Virus record (IMG/VR): IMGVR_UViG_3300031787_000068
Coordinates: 1-64,000 of that record
From: a virus
DNA length: 64,000 nt
Direction: 5' to 3' (one strand)
In this document: in pieces, positions 7,931 to 16,423 of the stretch
Position numbering within the stretch: the stretch's first letter is position 1
Layout of the letters: the number at the start of each line of letters is the position of its first letter
Notes under the pieces: model-generated
Databases searched by the model: none
What the model was told of the DNA's origin: nothing
What the model saw: the letters and a program-made list of their open reading frames with translations, nothing else
Program-made: the position numbers and the translations under genes

Positions 7931-9334
7931 ATGAGAAGAGTAAAAGACTATAGAACTTATCTTAATGAATCCTGGCTTACCGGAAGTGATGCTTCTAAGA
8001 TAATGACCAAAATCATTAAAGGCGAAAAAAGAAAAATAAAGCCAAAAGAAAAATCAGAGATAGATCCTGATTTATCGGATTCTGGGGTATCGATAAATAC
8101 CCAATGGGAGTACGATGAAGATTATAAGGGGTTTCTTGGATCAAGTCCTCTTTTCGGAGGAGAAGTTGTTCTAAGAGAATTGTCCGAAGAAGATATTGAT
8201 GTAGAGACTAAAGAATATGAAGTTATTTCAGGTCTCAATAAAGGAAAAAGAGGAAATTTTGAATGGAAAGATGAAGGAGGAACAAGATATCCGGTTTTTG
8301 ATAAACCCTATAATTCTTCTTTTACTTCCCTTTTGGGATATTCTGAAGAATTTTTAAAAACCTATAAGGATAATTATAGATGGAAAACTCCTATTCCTGA
8401 AATTCCTGGAGCCGAAATAGTCAAAAAAGGGGATAAAGGAGAATGCGAAATTCACTATAAAGACATTTATCAGCTATACGGAAAAATAAGAATTTATTAC
8501 GATTCGAATTCCGAAGATCCTTATTTAAGCTACGAGGTACTTGATGGTCCTAATTCAGGAAAAAGGGGATCGGGAGTAACTTTTATGCAGCCAGGACAGT
8601 TTAACAATTCCGGGGTTTTAAATGCTTTTTCTGATCAAAATAGTCCTAAATTTTTATCTTCAGAGGAATTTCCTTTCTATCCCGCTGATATATCTGATAA
8701 AGATTATTCGGGGTTTGTTTCTCGAAAAAATAGAAAATGGAAATCCTTAATTTCTACAACTGGAATGAGTACTGCACAATATATATATTTTAGTACTAAG
8801 GGAATAGATTCTATAGAAGCTCCTTCGGAAGAGGTATTTGAAAGCATGATAGAAAGCGTAGAGCCCTTAAATACTACTAATCAATTACCCCGTATTAAAG
8901 CAGACAGCAGAAGTGGAGGAGGAGGAATTGTAAATAAAAGCCAATATAAAAGTACGGATTTATTTAGTAGTGGTATTCCTGAAAAAACAACTTCCACCTT
9001 AGAAGATCTAAAAATAAAAGGAAATAAATGGCCAGGAGCTATATTACATTGTTTTCCGTTCCTTAATGACATAGCTCTTTATGCAGTTCCTTGTAAAAGA
9101 TCCGAAAACCCTAAACTTAATTTTAATAGCGATTTGGGAGTTTATGGAAATTTATATTTTAGCGGTAGATTTTTAGTAAATCCTAAAGAATGGAAAATAC
9201 TTAAAGGAGAATGGTATATAGATTATTCTACTAAATCAATTGGGATCATATACGCATTTGATGAACAGGGTAAATATGCAGACATTATTTATGACCCTGA
9301 AAGTAAATATCCAAATCATTATTCACTATTTTAA
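7931..9334 (+). CDS. Hypothetical protein, putative head cargo
   Basis: N-terminal tag MRRVKDYRTYLNES; internal repeat YEVISGLNKGKRG / YEVLDGPNSGKRG. Confidence 0.55.
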   Translation: MRRVKDYRTYLNESWLTGSDASKIMTKIIKGEKRKIKPKEKSEIDPDLSDSGVSINTQWEYDEDYKGFLGSSPLFGGEVVLRELSEEDIDVETKEYEVISGLNKGKRGNFEWKDEGGTRYPVFDKPYNSSFTSLLGYSEEFLKTYKDNYRWKTPIPEIPGAEIVKKGDKGECEIHYKDIYQLYGKIRIYYDSNSEDPYLSYEVLDGPNSGKRGSGVTFMQPGQFNNSGVLNAFSDQNSPKFLSSEEFPFYPADISDKDYSGFVSRKNRKWKSLISTTGMSTAQYIYFSTKGIDSIEAPSEEVFESMIESVEPLNTTNQLPRIKADSRSGGGGIVNKSQYKSTDLFSSGIPEKTTSTLEDLKIKGNKWPGAILHCFPFLNDIALYAVPCKRSENPKLNFNSDLGVYGNLYFSGRFLVNPKEWKILKGEWYIDYSTKSIGIIYAFDEQGKYADIIYDPESKYPNHYSLF

Positions 9335-9345
9335 AGTTTAAATTT

Positions 9346-10173
9346 ATGAAAAAAATAAAAATTTTTGAAGAATATACGAGTCAAAATTACGAAAAAGATC
9401 TTGTAGATTTTTTATATGAAAAAATTAAAAGTCATTCAGATTTTGGATATTATCCAATATATGAAGATGGGGAAGAAGAAGAACTACAAAGACCTCTTAC
9501 AAGAGGAGAAAGAGCTGCTTTAGCAAGAGATTATCAAATTATATCCGAGCCGCAGTTAGCAGCTTTGTACCTTAAGGCCTTAGGAAGAGCTGAAGGAGAA
9601 GATGGGGCATATTTGGTCATGATAGACGGGATAAGGGATTTTGGAGAAATTGATCCTAATACAAGAGCTTTTTCTATAACTAATCCAGCTCTAGCTGATG
9701 CTATAGGACTCGAGTCTACGAGTACAGTATATAGAACTGTAAGTAAATTTATCAATTTGATAGAGGGAGTAGGAGAAACTTCTTCTGAAGCATTGTACCC
9801 TAAGGTAATTAAAGCTTTCGAAAAATTTTCCACTATGAATCCGGTTCAAATATCAAATTTAGCTTCTGAATGCATTCAGGATTCTATGGAATATACTGTA
9901 AATAGGGACAAGGCAGAATTATCTAGAGATTCTTCTGCTAAAAAAAGAGAAGAAGCTTTAAAAAGAGCCGATTTAATAGGACAGAAAGTTTACACTCTAA
10001 CCAATCTTCTCAAAGAAAAACCTTTGTTTAAACTAGAAGGAAAAGCTCAAAGAGCAGCTATAAGAAAAATAGCAGCGGAAGAAGAAGAAACAGAAGAAAA
10101 AATTAAAGATTTCTACAGAAATTACTTAACATCTAGAAAAATTTTAAATTCTGCAACTTTTTATGATAAATAA
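9346..10173 (+). CDS. Putative head cargo protein with HTH-like motif
   Basis: Tag MKKIKIFEEY; ITNPALADAIGLESTSTVYRTVSKF resembles a helix-turn-helix. Confidence 0.5.
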   Translation: MKKIKIFEEYTSQNYEKDLVDFLYEKIKSHSDFGYYPIYEDGEEEELQRPLTRGERAALARDYQIISEPQLAALYLKALGRAEGEDGAYLVMIDGIRDFGEIDPNTRAFSITNPALADAIGLESTSTVYRTVSKFINLIEGVGETSSEALYPKVIKAFEKFSTMNPVQISNLASECIQDSMEYTVNRDKAELSRDSSAKKREEALKRADLIGQKVYTLTNLLKEKPLFKLEGKAQRAAIRKIAAEEEETEEKIKDFYRNYLTSRKILNSATFYDK

Positions 10174-10628
10174 AAATTTAAAGAGATAAAAGAAATAGAA
10201 TATAGAATCACTATAGAAAATAAAAATCTATAGTGATTTTTTATTTTATGGAGATATTTATTTCTTTTTAATATGGAAAGAGAATCTTTAAATATGTAAT
10301 TTCTGTCCTCATCCGTTACAAAGGGAGAATCATTCTGGAATTCCCCGACCCCATTTCTTTCTAATTCTTCTCCCATAAATATTTCTTCTACTATGCAATA
10401 CTCTAGCATTTCTAATTTTATTTTATTTTTTCTATAAGTCTCATAGGAGATAAAAATAGCAATAACCAATGATATAAAATAAGTTCCAAAAATAATCTCA
10501 ATCATCATAGAAAGAATTAAATTGGAAATCATGAAAATTAAAGGAGTTTTATTAGGAATTGGAATTACCCCGAAAATTCTCGTAACTTCTTTTAATGAAT
10601 TCAATTTTTGAATATAATAATTTTCCAT
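10161..10628 (-). CDS. Membrane protein (about 3 TM segments)
   Basis: Hydrophobic segments LIFMISNLILSMMIEIIFG, YFISLVIAIFIS and FLFSIVILYSISFISL. Confidence 0.65.
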   Translation of the reverse strand: MENYYIQKLNSLKEVTRIFGVIPIPNKTPLIFMISNLILSMMIEIIFGTYFISLVIAIFISYETYRKNKIKLEMLEYCIVEEIFMGEELERNGVGEFQNDSPFVTDEDRNYIFKDSLSILKRNKYLHKIKNHYRFLFSIVILYSISFISLNFYLS

Positions 10629-10699
10629 ATTTTTATTTTATAGTACAAATACATTAAATATATTCAGAAAATTATGCCGAAATGAAAAATATATAAGAT

Positions 10700-11092
10700 A
10701 TGGGGAAAATTATAAAACTCGGAAAGATAGAAGCTTATATGGATAATCCGGAGGATGTCATAAATATATATTGGGATTCTACAAAAGAAAAAATTGAAAA
10801 AAATTATGGAAAAGGGTGGAGACTTCCTACGATGGAAGAACTTCTTTATATAAGAAATTTATCACTAGAATTTGATATTTTTTCAGATTTTAATAAAGAA
10901 GATGATTATTGGACTTCCACGCCAGGAGAACCCGATTATATTCCAGATCGTAACGAATTCGGAGATGATCTTAGGTGGTTTTATCAGGTAAGAATGCCAA
11001 ATAATGAAAATGGTTCTAATGGTTCTTATCAAAGAGGATTTCTATGTCACGTAGCCTATTACGGAAATATACTTCCCGTTAGAGATATATAA
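10700..11092 (+). CDS. DUF1566/Lcl (C-type lectin-like fold) protein
   Basis: GKGWRLPTMEEL...YWTST...ILPVRD. Confidence 0.75.
   Translation: MGKIIKLGKIEAYMDNPEDVINIYWDSTKEKIEKNYGKGWRLPTMEELLYIRNLSLEFDIFSDFNKEDDYWTSTPGEPDYIPDRNEFGDDLRWFYQVRMPNNENGSNGSYQRGFLCHVAYYGNILPVRDI
11084..11091 (+). promoter_or_regulatory. Putative late promoter GATATATA
   Basis: Upstream of ATG 11105, overlapping the end of the previous gene. Confidence 0.65.
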
Positions 11093-11104
11093 AATAAATA
11101 TAAA

Positions 11105-11896
11105 ATGAAAAATCTTAAAAGATTTAACGAACTTATAGAAGAAGGATTTTTTGATTCCGAAGGGGTTTCATTGTTTGGATCTCTTTTAAGAAAAACACTA
11201 TCAAATTCAGTAAATACCGATAAAATAGAGAACGAAACAGAATTAAAAGGAGAAGAAGAACCTGGAGGTTCCCCATCAGATTCCCCTGTAGGAAAAGGAA
11301 TTTCTCTTGATTCTGATGCTTATTTATCTTCTGAAGATCAAGATTCATATGGATCCAAAATAGGAATATCCGATAAAGGAGAAGATGCAGATTTAGAACA
11401 GCCTTTTTCTGGACCCATTGGAAATATTTCCAATTCTGCTTACGCTAATTTAAATGTACCGACAAGGGGGATACCTGGAACTGGAAGGGGAAATCTAGGG
11501 TGTGCAGCTGCTGTTTCTTTGATATTTTATAGAGCTACAGGATATTCTCTTGCAGGAAATACCAAAATCTGTTTAGGAACAAAAACTATATATGATGAAT
11601 TAGATACTAGGAGTAGAGAATCTGGTTCTCCTTGGAAAAAAATATCGGACTGGAAAAATAATTATAAACCCGGGGATATTATAATAACAAGCAAAGGGTC
11701 TAGAGCAGGTCACGTAGGAGTAGTTGTTAATGATGGGAATATAATATCAAATTCTTCTAGAGGAATAATGGGAAATTCCAGCGGACAAATAGAATCTAAT
11801 TACACAATAAAATCCTGGGAGAGTATAGCTAAAAGAAATCCATCAGAAACCTGTATATTTAGGTATTTTGGACCTTATAAAACTAGCTGGTCGTAA
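11105..11896 (+). CDS. NlpC/P60-superfamily (papain-like) peptidoglycan peptidase/amidase, putative head cargo
   Basis: GNLGCAAAVS (Cys), KPGDIII, GHVGVV (His), ISNSS. N-terminal tag MKNLKRFNELIEE and an acidic linker. Confidence 0.7.
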   Translation: MKNLKRFNELIEEGFFDSEGVSLFGSLLRKTLSNSVNTDKIENETELKGEEEPGGSPSDSPVGKGISLDSDAYLSSEDQDSYGSKIGISDKGEDADLEQPFSGPIGNISNSAYANLNVPTRGIPGTGRGNLGCAAAVSLIFYRATGYSLAGNTKICLGTKTIYDELDTRSRESGSPWKKISDWKNNYKPGDIIITSKGSRAGHVGVVVNDGNIISNSSRGIMGNSSGQIESNYTIKSWESIAKRNPSETCIFRYFGPYKTSWS

Positions 11897-12273
11897 TGAA
11901 AAGATTTATAGCAGGAAGGGTAGAGGTTTGTATCGGATATGATTTCGAAGAGATGAATAAATATGATGCTATAAAAAAATGTGAAAAATTAGGCCCTGAA
12001 TGGAGATTACCTAATCTAAAAGAAATTAAATACCTTTGTCAAGATTTATGCTACGCAGGATCTTCCGATTTCTGGGAATCTACTTCTACTGTAGGAAATC
12101 TTATTACTAGAAGGGGATCTGGATTCAATGAACCGAGATACTGGGTTGGAGATGGGGTTGACGGGTATCTTTCTTATTTTTATGATTGCCAATTTTTTAA
12201 CGATAGAGCTATCTCTCGAAAAACTATGAGCCATTCGGCTGAATGTGTATTCTTAGCAGTTAGAGAAATATGA
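11896..12273 (+). CDS. DUF1566/Lcl protein
   Basis: AIKKCEKLGPEWRLPNLKEI...YWV...FLAVRE. Confidence 0.75.
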   Translation: MKRFIAGRVEVCIGYDFEEMNKYDAIKKCEKLGPEWRLPNLKEIKYLCQDLCYAGSSDFWESTSTVGNLITRRGSGFNEPRYWVGDGVDGYLSYFYDCQFFNDRAISRKTMSHSAECVFLAVREI

Positions 12274-12599
12274 TAATAATAGATCTAGGACATATAATAG
12301 CAGAAATTCCAGAATCCCGCCAAGAAGGAAAAGACGGAAGCTGGATTTATTTTAATAAATTGTCGGGGGAAGAAGATTTTAGACTTCCTACTTTAAAAGA
12401 ACTCGGATATCTATATTCATTAAAAGAAGATCTGAATTTAGAAATACCTAAAGATTGGTATTGGTCTTCGGAAATAAATCAAAGAATGGTATACGATACG
12501 TCAACTAAATATTATTTTTTCGATTTTAGAACTGGAGTTATCGATTGGGAATATTCTAATCAGGAAACTTGTGCTTTAATAAGAATCTACGATAAATAG
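12270..12599 (+). CDS. DUF1566/Lcl protein
   Basis: FRLPTLKEL...WYWSSE...YFFDF. Confidence 0.7.
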   Translation: MIIIDLGHIIAEIPESRQEGKDGSWIYFNKLSGEEDFRLPTLKELGYLYSLKEDLNLEIPKDWYWSSEINQRMVYDTSTKYYFFDFRTGVIDWEYSNQETCALIRIYDK

Positions 12600-12601
12600 A
12601 C

Positions 12602-12632
12602 AAAAAAACCAGAATCTTTTGGATCCTGGTTT
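12602..12632. terminator. Intrinsic terminator between convergent genes
   Basis: aaaaaaaCCAGAATC-tttt-GGATCCTGGttt; near-identical to 13741..13770. Confidence 0.7.
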
Positions 12633-12661
12633 AATTTTTCATTTAAAACTTTATTACTTTA

Positions 12662-13231
12662 CTAAGAAAGCTGAGTATCCTGGCTAAATAAGATAGTTAT
12701 AATTAATTTTCCTGAATCTTCTATAGAAGAAGAAGGAATGCATATCGAAAAATTAGGAACTTTTTCTTTAGGAGGAATCCCTGCTATTTCTTTGAATTTA
12801 TCAAAAACCCCGGTCTTTTTCTTAGAATACATATCTTTCAATTTAGCAGGTAAATCTTTAGGTATAGTATATTCGAAAGTTAAAATACCATTATTAATTT
12901 TTAGATTTCTAAAATCATCTTTCATTACGGCTTTAGTTAAATCTAGATTTAATCCTTTTAATTTAGATAAATTTATACTTCCAGAAAGAACTTCTCCTAT
13001 TTGATATCCTCCTTCGTCAGACAGACCTATTTCGATCTCATTGTCGTATACTAAAATTTCATCCGAAACTGAAACAGTTTCTCCGTCTTTATCTTTTACC
13101 GTACACCCTTTTGCAAAGTCCATTCTAGCTCCTCCTTTACCATCACCTATTATCTTTGTGATGTCTATAAATTTATCAAACTTAGCTTCTTCGTTGATAA
13201 ATTGTTCAAATAATTTGATGTGTTTTACCAT
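12662..13231 (-). CDS. Hypothetical protein, putative head cargo
   Basis: Tag MVKHIKLFEQFINEE; GATATATA on the minus strand at 13254..13261. Confidence 0.65.
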   Translation of the reverse strand: MVKHIKLFEQFINEEAKFDKFIDITKIIGDGKGGARMDFAKGCTVKDKDGETVSVSDEILVYDNEIEIGLSDEGGYQIGEVLSGSINLSKLKGLNLDLTKAVMKDDFRNLKINNGILTFEYTIPKDLPAKLKDMYSKKKTGVFDKFKEIAGIPPKEKVPNFSICIPSSSIEDSGKLIITILFSQDTQLS

Positions 13232-13263
13232 TTTTTTTAATTTTTATTTATCCTATATATCAC

Positions 13264-13302
13264 AAAAAAAATCAGAATTCTTAAATTCTGATTTTTTTTT
13301 TT
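13264..13302 (-). terminator. Intrinsic terminator
   Basis: aaaaaaaTCAGAATT-ctta-AATTCTGAtttttttttt. Confidence 0.75.
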
Positions 13303-13319
13303 AAATTTTTATTTATTAT

Positions 13320-13709
13320 TTATACCTGTGCGGGTTTTATCAAATCATACATAGCTGCACTCATAGGGAATTTTTTGTCGTTTTTGAAATAGGTTTTTCC
13401 CCAATAAAAAGCATAATAAATAACTTCTGAATTTTTAAGTATTCTATCTTTTCCGTTATCTTTAAATTTTATTGTTGAATTTTTTTTAAGAAATTCAGTG
13501 GCAGTGGAAACAGTTCTTTTATATTTAGGATTAGCTACATTCATTGATGCCATTAGTGCTGAATATTCTGACCATTTATTACATACATCAGACCAGGATG
13601 TATCCATCTGGGGTTTAGAAAAATCCATATCGAATAAAGATGATTCCTGAATTTCATTATACTCAGAGTTATTTCCTGAATATTCCTGAATAGATTTAAT
13701 ATTTTTCAT
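13320..13709 (-). CDS. Hypothetical protein, putative head cargo
   Basis: Tag MKNIKSIQEY...EIQES; GATATATA on the minus strand at 13732..13739. Confidence 0.6.
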   Translation of the reverse strand: MKNIKSIQEYSGNNSEYNEIQESSLFDMDFSKPQMDTSWSDVCNKWSEYSALMASMNVANPKYKRTVSTATEFLKKNSTIKFKDNGKDRILKNSEVIYYAFYWGKTYFKNDKKFPMSAAMYDLIKPAQV

Positions 13710-13740
13710 TTATAATTTTTTTAATTTATCTTATATATCA

Positions 13741-13770
13741 AAAAAAACCAGGATTTTTTGAATCCTGGTT
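13741..13770 (-). terminator. Intrinsic terminator downstream of the methyltransferase
   Basis: aaaaaaaCCAGGATT-tttt-gAATCCTGGtt. Confidence 0.75.
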
Positions 13771-13792
13771 TATCTATAATTTATTTAATCTA

Positions 13793-14800
13793 TTATTTTA
13801 ATTTCTTTCTTAAAATAACCCCTGCTTGATAGGAAGGAACCGGAACACCTGGATACATTTTAGGGTAAGTTCTCATGAATAGTGTTTCTGGAATATGTCT
13901 GTGCATATAAAGACCGTAATATTCCATATCTGGATTATTCTTAAGTACTTCATCCATAATCATAGAAGATAGTAAATAAGGTTTTTTATTCTGGATCATA
14001 TCCTTAATCAAGGTAACGAAGTATCCACCTGGCTTTAAAAATTCAATACCTTGAGTGTACATTCCATTAACAAGATCCCAATACTCACTTCCTTTAGTTA
14101 GTCCAATATTGTTAGGATGCTCATAATCGAAAGTCTTATCATTTATAGATCCATCCGGATTTTTAGCCATTCCTCTTTGTGGTGCATCTGAGGATTTCCC
14201 ACTGATTTTAGGGTATGGAGTACCATTAACGATTAGTGATAATTGTCCTCTTTTGATCCCTGCACTTTCTAAATTCTGAGTTGTGTTTCTAGCATCCCCT
14301 TGAATTAGTTTAGCTACGACATCAGTTCTTTCCGTTTGTGCTGCAATATTGTTATAAGCAATCTGGGGATACTCTAACTCAACTCCGATTGAATTTCTAC
14401 CGTTATTATATGATTCAACTAAAGTTGTTCCTGTGCCACATGTGGGGTCAAATACCCAATCACCCGGCTGAGTTAAATTGTGTACCGCCCATCTATATCC
14501 CTGCCAATGTCCTGGACACAAATGTTTGTCCTCTTGTCTAGGATAATATTTATATCTAGCAGATTGTGAATAATACTTATCCCTCTGTGTATCGTAGATT
14601 TCCCCTAGAAAATTTTGAGTGTAATCTGTTGTGTGGTAATCGGAAGGGAGCTCTTTTCTCACCAAAAGTTCTTCGGTCGGACTTATGTCATTTCTGTAAA
14701 CACTTTTGTCCTTAGGATCTTTTTTTACTTTTTCTTTAACCTCTTGAACTTCTTTTTTCTTGGTTTTGTCCTCGAAAGGAACCTGTTGCATTTCGATCAT
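13793..14800 (-). CDS. SAM-dependent methyltransferase of N4/N6 (amino-MTase/Trm11-like) type with atypical motif IV
   Basis: PGDWVFDPTCGTGTT (motif I), SIGVELE, IQGDAR, LIVNGTPY in place of (D/N/S)PPY, LKPGGY. Confidence 0.75.
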   Translation of the reverse strand: MIEMQQVPFEDKTKKKEVQEVKEKVKKDPKDKSVYRNDISPTEELLVRKELPSDYHTTDYTQNFLGEIYDTQRDKYYSQSARYKYYPRQEDKHLCPGHWQGYRWAVHNLTQPGDWVFDPTCGTGTTLVESYNNGRNSIGVELEYPQIAYNNIAAQTERTDVVAKLIQGDARNTTQNLESAGIKRGQLSLIVNGTPYPKISGKSSDAPQRGMAKNPDGSINDKTFDYEHPNNIGLTKGSEYWDLVNGMYTQGIEFLKPGGYFVTLIKDMIQNKKPYLLSSMIMDEVLKNNPDMEYYGLYMHRHIPETLFMRTYPKMYPGVPVPSYQAGVILRKKLK

Positions 14801-14829
14801 TTCTTAAAATTTAAATAATAATATGATTT

Positions 14830-14857
14830 TTATACATCTTTTATTTCTAAAAATTTC
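14830..14857 (-). promoter_or_regulatory. Putative middle promoter GAAAT-N18-TATAA
   Basis: The minus strand reads gaaat-ttttagaaataaaagatg-tataa upstream of ATG 14800. Confidence 0.4.
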
Positions 14858-14859
14858 GG

Positions 14860-14867
14860 GATATATA
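14860..14867 (+). promoter_or_regulatory. Putative late promoter GATATATA
   Basis: Upstream of ATG 14887. Confidence 0.7.
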
Positions 14868-14886
14868 GTAAAAATAAAAATTTTTA

Positions 14887-15960
14887 ATGAAAAATCTGGA
14901 AAAATTTTCAAATTGGGATTTAAACGAATCTTATTCTTCTTCTAGCTTTAAATGGGTATCTCCCCCTAAGAATATAACATTCCCCCAGAAATCGGCTATA
15001 GAGGGTAAGATGTCTATACACGGAATAGATCTTAAAGAAAATTTAAATTTTTCTTGCACCGGAAAAGCCTGGGAATCTCTAAAAAATAGAATGGCCAAAA
15101 GCAAAATACCTTTTAAAATAATAAATCCAGCTAAAGGATCTAATCAATTTATAAAATCTGGGGAAAAAATAATTTATTCGGACCAAAGGCCTTTGATATC
15201 TAAAAATATAGAAAATGAAAAAGTTTTAGGGTATTACCCTTCTTCTTATAAAGGAGAAGCTCTAGAAGAATCTTGGGTTGTTGGGGTTTGGGAAAACGAA
15301 TCAGGTAAAAAATATTTAAAGGAAATGTCCCTAAAAAATTTTTTAACTAGAAGTACTAAGGATATAATCAAGAAAGATTTTTTAGGAACTTCTTCGGTCA
15401 AGCTGGACGAATCTCTACAGGCTAAGATAAACAAAAAAGACTATTGGACCCTTATTACCATAATAGCTTGTGAAAATTACATAGATCAATCCCAAGGAAT
15501 GGCAGATGTTGCTCAGTCTATATACAATAGATACCACGTAAAAGGAAAACCTTACGGAAAAACAATAGCAGATATAATATTAACAAAAGGACAATATTCT
15601 CCTGTAACAAAGGGACTTAAAAAAGGAGCAGATTGGAAAAATATAACAGATAGGAATAAAGCTATAAATGTTTATATGAAAAGCATGGGAATGAATCTTG
15701 CTAATTCCACCAAAGCAATAGATCAAGCGGTAAAAGCCCAAGCTAACAAATCTCTTGTAGATAAAGCAAAATCCCACGTTAAGACGAGAACAGAATTTTT
15801 AGCTGATAAACCTAAGGGTTCTTCCGCTGCTAGCCCGGTAGAAAGAGATTCCAAAAACAAAAATAATTCTTTTTTCTGGAATTATGCGGGGAAAACTAAC
15901 TATTATTCTAAAAATGATTTTAAAGCAAGATCGATTCCTTCGGAAGTTAAAATTGCTTAA
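14887..15960 (+). CDS. SleB/Hydrolase_2-like cell wall hydrolase, putative head cargo
   Basis: LITIIACE (catalytic Glu)...GMADVAQSIYNR...YGKTIADIILTKGQYSPV; tag MKNLEKFSNWDLNES. Confidence 0.75.
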   Translation: MKNLEKFSNWDLNESYSSSSFKWVSPPKNITFPQKSAIEGKMSIHGIDLKENLNFSCTGKAWESLKNRMAKSKIPFKIINPAKGSNQFIKSGEKIIYSDQRPLISKNIENEKVLGYYPSSYKGEALEESWVVGVWENESGKKYLKEMSLKNFLTRSTKDIIKKDFLGTSSVKLDESLQAKINKKDYWTLITIIACENYIDQSQGMADVAQSIYNRYHVKGKPYGKTIADIILTKGQYSPVTKGLKKGADWKNITDRNKAINVYMKSMGMNLANSTKAIDQAVKAQANKSLVDKAKSHVKTRTEFLADKPKGSSAASPVERDSKNKNNSFFWNYAGKTNYYSKNDFKARSIPSEVKIA

Positions 15961-15982
15961 GATATATAAATAAAAAAAATCA

Positions 15983-16423
15983 ATGTCAAGGATATACGAT
16001 TACGGATCTTTTTCGAGTAATAAATCTAAATTTTCTGATACTAGAAATAAATTTGGGTATGAGATGTCTCTAGTTGACATAGATATAATAGGAAAGCCTA
16101 AAGAATTTAGAGATATAACCGAAGCTAAAGTTTTTATAGAATATTCAACTGAAATACTTTCCAATAAAAGAGGACTAGAAGGAGTTAATTTTTCCGTGGA
16201 TTCTATAGAATTGATTATGAAGATAGAGACTTCTACAGGAAAAGAAGATGAGATAGATTTTGATTTAATCCCAGGAAAAACTATAGACTACGGACAGGTG
16301 AAATATTCTGTTAATGATTTTCCTATACCTTCTTATCCAGAAAGAATAGAAATAAATATGAACGGATTTACGGATCCTTCTAGATTTGATGTAATGGTTT
16401 ATTTTGGAACTAATTACCCATGA
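15983..16423 (+). CDS. Hypothetical protein (late)
   Basis: 146-aa ORF; GATATATA at 15961..15968; tag-like MSRIYDYGSF. Confidence 0.6.
   Translation: MSRIYDYGSFSSNKSKFSDTRNKFGYEMSLVDIDIIGKPKEFRDITEAKVFIEYSTEILSNKRGLEGVNFSVDSIELIMKIETSTGKEDEIDFDLIPGKTIDYGQVKYSVNDFPIPSYPERIEINMNGFTDPSRFDVMVYFGTNYP

Noticed and set aside
10700-12599. Active diversity-generating retroelement
   Set aside because: No reverse transcriptase and no TR/VR pair differing at adenines was found in the window; it cannot be excluded elsewhere in the genome.
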